Below are positions 27,249 to 32,000 of a DNA stretch of 32,000 bases, piece by piece; position 1 is the first letter of the stretch, and each line of letters opens with the position of its first letter. The stretch lies in assembly GCF_000253055.1 (NCBI RefSeq), contig NC_016070.1, forward strand, positions 1,680,001 through 1,712,000. Reading direction: 5' to 3'. Made by a program: the position numbers and the translations under genes. This stretch comes from Thermoproteus tenax Kra 1 (lineage in GTDB: Archaea > Thermoproteota > Thermoprotei > Thermoproteales > Thermoproteaceae). Below the pieces are notes generated by a model. It searched no databases and was not told where the DNA came from. It saw only the letters and a program-made list of their open reading frames with translations.

Positions 27249-29201
27249 GTGCCATTTGAAAAGCTCCTAGCCTTTAGATTTGCGGCGCCCCCCGCGGTGG
27301 TAGCCGATGTGATCTTCAGATTGGGGATCGCCGAGGTGGCCGTCTTTGAGGAGAGACCGCCCCACTTCGCCCCTCCGCCCTCCTGCGAGCTGGAGGCAGA
27401 CGTCGAGATGCTAGAGAGGATCATCGCATCATACAACCTATTTGAGAGAGCGGAGCCCTTGCCGCTCAAGAACCTAGGGGAGGGGCTCAAAAAGGCGTTG
27501 AGAGTGTTGAGGGAGTGCACGGCGGGATATGAGCCAAACGACGTCGTCAAGAGGGAGGCGCTCAGAGGCTATATAGCCAAATGTGCATCTGAGCGCGGCA
27601 TTGGCCTAGGGGGGATATCGTGGGTATTGAGGGCAGCACGTCGGGTTCTAGAGACCTACAAGAGCAACGCCTATTCTGAGGGCCCGGACACTGGCCGCTC
27701 TTTCAACGCAGTGTTGTCCGAGATAAAGGCCAAGGAGGAGGAGTTGGCCAGACTACATCTTATGCTGTCCTTCCTGGAGGGCCTGGAGCGCCAAGGGTAT
27801 ACATCGCTCCATATACCTGAGGGTTATCGTTTGATAGTCAATCCCAAGGAGCCCGTACGAGATTTGCATCAATCGCTGAAATTCGGAGACCTAGATCTAG
27901 TCATTGTTAAGGGCGGGAGAGGCGCCTATGGTGGTGTCGAGATACCGCGTGAGTATGTTCTTGATATAAGACTTTCTAAAACAATAATTATTCAAACTAT
28001 TAAAAATTTAGAATACTCATTAAATAAATTGAAATTAATTTATAATAATATGGTTGAGATATATAAGAGGTATTCTGTTTTCGGGGACTTTAAGTGGGCG
28101 GAACACTCGGATGTGGCAGTTATCTCGTTCTTCGTGCGCGAGAAAGACCTCAAGGTTGTCGATGAAATACTTTCCGAGGTTTTAAAGGGGCGATTCATAC
28201 CGAGACGGTCGATCTCATACAAGGTCAACCCTATCTTCAAGTATATAGAATATGTCCAGGCACCAGTGAGCGAGAGGTGGCCTTATCCCATTCAAGCGTT
28301 CAACAAGATCTTGTACATGTACGGAGTGCCGGAGCCCGGCGAGCTCTCGCCGCTTCCTCTCGTTGCATTTCTATTTCCTCTATTTTTTGGATGGATGTTC
28401 GGCGACATCGGCTATGGCTTACTTCTTCTGGCGTTGTCCCTAACTCTGTTCAGGTTGGGCAAAAAGGACTGGGGCATTGTATGGCTTATTGCTAGCGCAT
28501 CTACTATATCTTTCGGTGCATATTACGGCGAGTTCCTCGGACTTAAGCTGTGGGGGCCCGATATTGAGACCACGTATATGACCGGCATCGCGGCCTCTCT
28601 CCTTCTCGGCTTCTATCTAATGTTTTTGGCTTTTTCACTAAAGATAATCAATAGGCTGTTGGCCAAGGACTACGAAGCTTCATTGGCCTTACATGCCCCC
28701 ATAGCCCTCCTCTACGCATCGATAGGCTCTAGAATGTTGGATCTAATCGGCATAGAGCCATATCTGCGAGGGAGAATAGGATTAGACGTCCTCCTCGACC
28801 TCTGTCGCTTTCTAGCATCAGATCCAAGCCTTTTACTGGGCACTATCTGGCTCGCGTTGGGGCTGGGCACGTTGGCCGGCAAATACGGCGTATCCCACCT
28901 AAGGGATATAGGATCCGAGGCTGTCATGGCGATAATAGAGGCGTTTGTAGGAGCTACGGCCAACGTCTTAAGCTTCGCTAGATTGGCCATTCTAGTTATA
29001 GTCCACTCCGCATTGTCGTCTGCGGCCTACGCCCTTCTTGAACTCCCCGGCGGCCTACCGTTGTATATATTGACCGAGTTGGGCATGGCGGCCTTCGAGG
29101 GGTTCCTTACAGCCATTCAATCGCTGAGGCTCATATACTATGAGACTCTCTCGAAATTCTATAGAGGCAGTGGGCGCCTCTTCGAGCCGTATAAGATTTA
29201 A
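27249..29201 (+). CDS. atpI: A/V-type ATP synthase subunit I (a-subunit)
   Basis: A cytoplasmic N-terminal domain is followed by multiple TM helices. The conserved essential-Arg region reads NVLSFARLAILVIVHSAL. GTG start. Confidence 0.85.
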   Translation: MPFEKLLAFRFAAPPAVVADVIFRLGIAEVAVFEERPPHFAPPPSCELEADVEMLERIIASYNLFERAEPLPLKNLGEGLKKALRVLRECTAGYEPNDVVKREALRGYIAKCASERGIGLGGISWVLRAARRVLETYKSNAYSEGPDTGRSFNAVLSEIKAKEEELARLHLMLSFLEGLERQGYTSLHIPEGYRLIVNPKEPVRDLHQSLKFGDLDLVIVKGGRGAYGGVEIPREYVLDIRLSKTIIIQTIKNLEYSLNKLKLIYNNMVEIYKRYSVFGDFKWAEHSDVAVISFFVREKDLKVVDEILSEVLKGRFIPRRSISYKVNPIFKYIEYVQAPVSERWPYPIQAFNKILYMYGVPEPGELSPLPLVAFLFPLFFGWMFGDIGYGLLLLALSLTLFRLGKKDWGIVWLIASASTISFGAYYGEFLGLKLWGPDIETTYMTGIAASLLLGFYLMFLAFSLKIINRLLAKDYEASLALHAPIALLYASIGSRMLDLIGIEPYLRGRIGLDVLLDLCRFLASDPSLLLGTIWLALGLGTLAGKYGVSHLRDIGSEAVMAIIEAFVGATANVLSFARLAILVIVHSALSSAAYALLELPGGLPLYILTELGMAAFEGFLTAIQSLRLIYYETLSKFYRGSGRLFEPYKI

Positions 29202-29227
29202 GTATACGATTTAAAATATAATGGAAA

Positions 29228-29256
29228 CAGCCGCCAGTTGGTCGGCTGATTTTTAA
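29228..29256 (+). terminator. Hairpin CAGCCG-ccagttggt-CGGCTG followed by aTTTTT, downstream of atpI
   Basis: Read directly from the sequence. The same AT tract (tttttaaataaaaattta, 29250-29267) lies 25-40 nt upstream of the purF ATG and probably doubles as its TATA box. Confidence 0.45.
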
Positions 29257-29290
29257 ATAAAAATTTAAATTCAAGTGTCTTGAGTACACC

Positions 29291-30577
29291 ATGTGCGGTA
29301 TCGGCGCTGTGTGGGATCGTAATGTGGGGATCAGAGCCAGAGAGATGTCCGTGTGGCTAATGCACAGAGGGGAGGAGGGAGTCAGATACGCCTTCCTTAG
29401 GAACGGCGAGATAGCCGTCGGCGATAGTGTGCCCGAGGATGCTGAAGCTGCGCTAGTCCACGCGCGGTACAGCACCACCGGGCCCTATGGGGTTCAGCTA
29501 CAGCCGGTGCTGGCGCGCTATAGAGATCTGGAGGTGGCGGTCGCCTTCAACGGGACTGTGGCGAACTACCGACAGATAGCGCCCCGGGCTAAGACCGACT
29601 CCGAGGCCTATGCCCAGAAACTCGCCGAAGCCCTCTGGGAGCATGGGCTGGAGGAGGGCCTCAGAGAGCTCTACTCCAAGATAGTAGGCGCAGCCTCATC
29701 AGTCTTCATCACTGCCGAGCTCGTGGTCGGTTTTAGGGATCCGCGGGGCGTGAGACCGCTCAGCTTCTCTGATGACGCGGCCGCCTCGGAGACCATAGCG
29801 TTGGGCGGGCGCGGCATCGATCTAAGGCCGGGCCACGCCGTCGTATGGTCGAGGGGCTCGGCTAGAGTGGTCGAGGTTATGAGTCTTAAGGAGAGGCTGT
29901 GCTCTCTGGAGTTCGTCTACTTCGCCCACCCGGGCTCGCGCATACAGGGGAGACTTGTGGCTGATGTCAGGAGGGAGCTCGGCCGGAGGCTCGCCGAGGG
30001 CGAGGACGCAGATATAGAGGTTGTGGCCTATGTGCCAGAGACGGCGAGACATGCAGCGGCTGGATACGCAGAGGGCTTAGGCAGACCTTTAGTCGACGCA
30101 GTCCTCAAGAACAGATATTCGGGCCGCATATTCATAAAACCCCCCTATATGAGGAACGCATCGCCCAGCTTCAGAGTCGTTGAGGATTACGTCAAAGGGC
30201 GGAGAGTAGCCCTGGTGGACGACTCGCTGATAAGGGGAACCAACCTTAGGGATATAGTCGTCAAGCTCAAGGCTGCAGGCGCCCGGGAGGTCCACGTTAG
30301 AATAGCGTCTCCGCCTGTTAAGTGGCCGTGTTTCTTCGGGATGGACTTCCAGAGCAGGTCTGAACTTATGGCCAACGGAAGAGGCCTTGCAGAGATAGCA
30401 AGACTGTTGAGGGCGGACTCTCTACGGTACCTCTCCCTCGAGCAGTTCAAGGTCGTCATAGGCGAGAGGGCGTGCTACGGCTGTTTCACTGGCCGATATC
30501 CACAGAGGATTAAGGTTGCCCAGCTCGAGAGGGAGATAGCTACATCAAGGGAGAAAGCACTTGGCGCAGAGCCTTAG
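29291..30577 (+). CDS. purF: Amidophosphoribosyltransferase (glutamine PRPP amidotransferase)
   Basis: MCGI provides the Ntn nucleophile Cys. HARYSTTG is present, as is the PRT motif VALVDDSLIRGTN. Confidence 0.9.
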   Translation: MCGIGAVWDRNVGIRAREMSVWLMHRGEEGVRYAFLRNGEIAVGDSVPEDAEAALVHARYSTTGPYGVQLQPVLARYRDLEVAVAFNGTVANYRQIAPRAKTDSEAYAQKLAEALWEHGLEEGLRELYSKIVGAASSVFITAELVVGFRDPRGVRPLSFSDDAAASETIALGGRGIDLRPGHAVVWSRGSARVVEVMSLKERLCSLEFVYFAHPGSRIQGRLVADVRRELGRRLAEGEDADIEVVAYVPETARHAAAGYAEGLGRPLVDAVLKNRYSGRIFIKPPYMRNASPSFRVVEDYVKGRRVALVDDSLIRGTNLRDIVVKLKAAGAREVHVRIASPPVKWPCFFGMDFQSRSELMANGRGLAEIARLLRADSLRYLSLEQFKVVIGERACYGCFTGRYPQRIKVAQLEREIATSREKALGAEP

Positions 30578-31660
30578 CCCTCTGGCCTCGGCAACTTTGA
30601 GCAAATCATTGACACTAGGCCACTTAAGCCCGTCAGCCTCAAGGGCCATGCGCGCCTCCTCCTCGGTGAGCACGTTCGCCATCATGGCCTCGCGCTCAGG
30701 CATCTTGACTCCATACGGGCACTTGCTCCTCAATGGCGGAGAGGCCACGGCTATTGAGATCTCCCGGGCGCCGGCCTTGCGCCTCAACACTTGAACTACG
30801 GCCTTGAGAGTGAGGCCCGAGATCACGCTGTCGTCCACCAATAACACCCTCTTGCCCCTCACTAGGTGCTCCACAGGGTTCGCCTTGAGTTGCACCACGG
30901 AGAGTCTCGCCCTCATATCGTCCAATAGGGCGCTCCTGCCCCTTGTGGTCTGAACAAACGCGGGAACATACGGCCTCCCTGCCTTGGTCGCCAACAAGGC
31001 CGCGTAGTAGGCCCCTGTCTCTGGCACGCCTACGATGACATCGGCATCAACTGGAGCGAGCAAGGAGGCCAATGCCTCTCTAAGCTCGGCGATAGGCACG
31101 CCGTCGACCTTGCTGTCGAACCTCATCGAGTATATGGCCTCAAGCGCGCACAAGCGCCCTCCGCCTCCTCCGGTGCTCTCGACGCCGTACTGCGTAATTT
31201 TAACGAGCTCGCCCACTTTGAGGCTCCGCCTCAAGTCGCCGCCCAACACATCTATAGTTGCGGTCTCAGTGGCTGCCAGAGCGAGGTCGAAGCCGTAGGC
31301 GCCCAGAGCCAGATGCCATAGATCAGATCTATACAGATACATCTCGCCGCGGTCTGTGAGGGCCACGTAGGTCGTGCTCTCTGGCCGCCCGCCCGGTCTC
31401 ACGTCTTCGTTGCCCATCTTGCACAGTACATAGTCCGGCCCCTCAGTGCAACAGTTTTGCGCCCATACGCAGCCGATAGCCGCGTTGCCCCACAAGCCCA
31501 CCGATCTGCCCGGATCTACCTCTTGTACGCCCTCCTTGTTATAGACATACGCCCTTCTGACATGCCCTCTGTTGCGCATGGACAATATGCCGTAGTGTAC
31601 GTAGGGCCCCAACTCCGTCTCTGGGCCAAAGGCGTATACAGCCAGGAGGCCTGCGCTCAT
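30545..31660 (-). CDS. Amidophosphoribosyltransferase paralog lacking the N-terminal nucleophile Cys
   Basis: The PRT motif VLLVDDSVISGLT and a PurF-like N-domain (YGILSMRNRGHVRRAYVY) are present, but the N-terminus reads MSAGLLAVYA rather than MCG. The ATG at 31660 overlaps the purQ stop as ATGA. The ORF-track start is 31672. Confidence 0.75.
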   Translation of the reverse strand: MSAGLLAVYAFGPETELGPYVHYGILSMRNRGHVRRAYVYNKEGVQEVDPGRSVGLWGNAAIGCVWAQNCCTEGPDYVLCKMGNEDVRPGGRPESTTYVALTDRGEMYLYRSDLWHLALGAYGFDLALAATETATIDVLGGDLRRSLKVGELVKITQYGVESTGGGGGRLCALEAIYSMRFDSKVDGVPIAELREALASLLAPVDADVIVGVPETGAYYAALLATKAGRPYVPAFVQTTRGRSALLDDMRARLSVVQLKANPVEHLVRGKRVLLVDDSVISGLTLKAVVQVLRRKAGAREISIAVASPPLRSKCPYGVKMPEREAMMANVLTEEEARMALEADGLKWPSVNDLLKVAEARGLRLCAKCFLP

Positions 31661-32000
31661 GTCCTCAGCCAAAGCTTTAAACTGAGCCAGACTCTAGCCC
31701 CATCTCCGCTCGATACATGGCGATCCACCGCTCTCTCTGGATGCGGCATCATGCCCACGACGTTGCCTGAGGATATGCCGGCTATTAGGTCCATGGAACC
31801 GTTTATATCCTCCACATACTTGACCACAGCCCGAGGCCTTTCCTCATAGACGTAGCGGCCTTCCCCGTGCGCGACCGGCAACCTTATCGTCTCGCCCTCC
31901 TCGTAGAGCAGAGTAAATGGAGTCTTTACGTCTACTACGCGCACTAAGACGTCTCTTGATACGAATCTGGGGGGATCGTTGGGCAATAAGGCTCCGGGCA
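31657..32000 (-). CDS. purQ: FGAM synthase glutaminase subunit PurQ (3' part; the gene continues past the right edge)
   Basis: The C-terminal motifs HGEGRY and GMMPHPERAV are present. The frame remains open to position 32000. Confidence 0.85.
   Translation of the reverse strand, partial: PGALLPNDPPRFVSRDVLVRVVDVKTPFTLLYEEGETIRLPVAHGEGRYVYEERPRAVVKYVEDINGSMDLIAGISSGNVVGMMPHPERAVDRHVSSGDGARVWLSLKLWLRT

Overview
This window looks like chromosomal DNA from a hyperthermophilic crenarchaeon of the Thermoproteales type (Pyrobaculum/Thermoproteus-like). That is inferred from a very GC-rich 16S-23S rRNA operon with no spacer tRNA and no linked 5S, an intron-bearing tRNA, TATA-like boxes about 25 nt upstream of start codons (leaderless-style genes), a two-domain Sm-like protein, and futalosine-pathway menaquinone genes. 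The content is mostly housekeeping. From left to right: a Sm-like protein translationally coupled to archaeosine tRNA-guanine transglycosylase; a tightly overlapping minus-strand MBF1-HflX-TFE-PAC2 gene string; a standalone PUA protein; one tRNA; a membrane-anchored Lon-domain protease; a sirtuin overlapping a DUF123/GIY-YIG-like gene; an MBL hydrolase; a secreted sedolisin (S53) peptidase; a YhhQ-like transporter; mqnD-mqnA-mqnE with divergent mqnC; pyrC; the 16S-23S operon; a frameshifted MNT/HEPN pair; an MFS transporter; an orphan VWA protein; ATP synthase subunit I; and purF, a Cys-less purF paralog and purQ. I saw no CRISPR array, transposase, integrase or obvious multi-gene defence island, so I cannot point to a clear novel system. 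The most unusual observations are: (1) sharply bounded patches of about 18-25% G+C lying in frame inside otherwise roughly 55-60% G+C conserved genes; (2) an ORF-poor island of about 200 nt with rRNA-like GC content just downstream of the tRNA, a candidate structured RNA of unknown class; (3) an MNT/HEPN module with three independent lesions; (4) a purF paralog lacking the nucleophile Cys, start/stop-coupled to purQ; (5) 3' overlaps at five of the six convergent protein-gene pairs. All functional calls come from reading motifs in the supplied translations, not from database searches.
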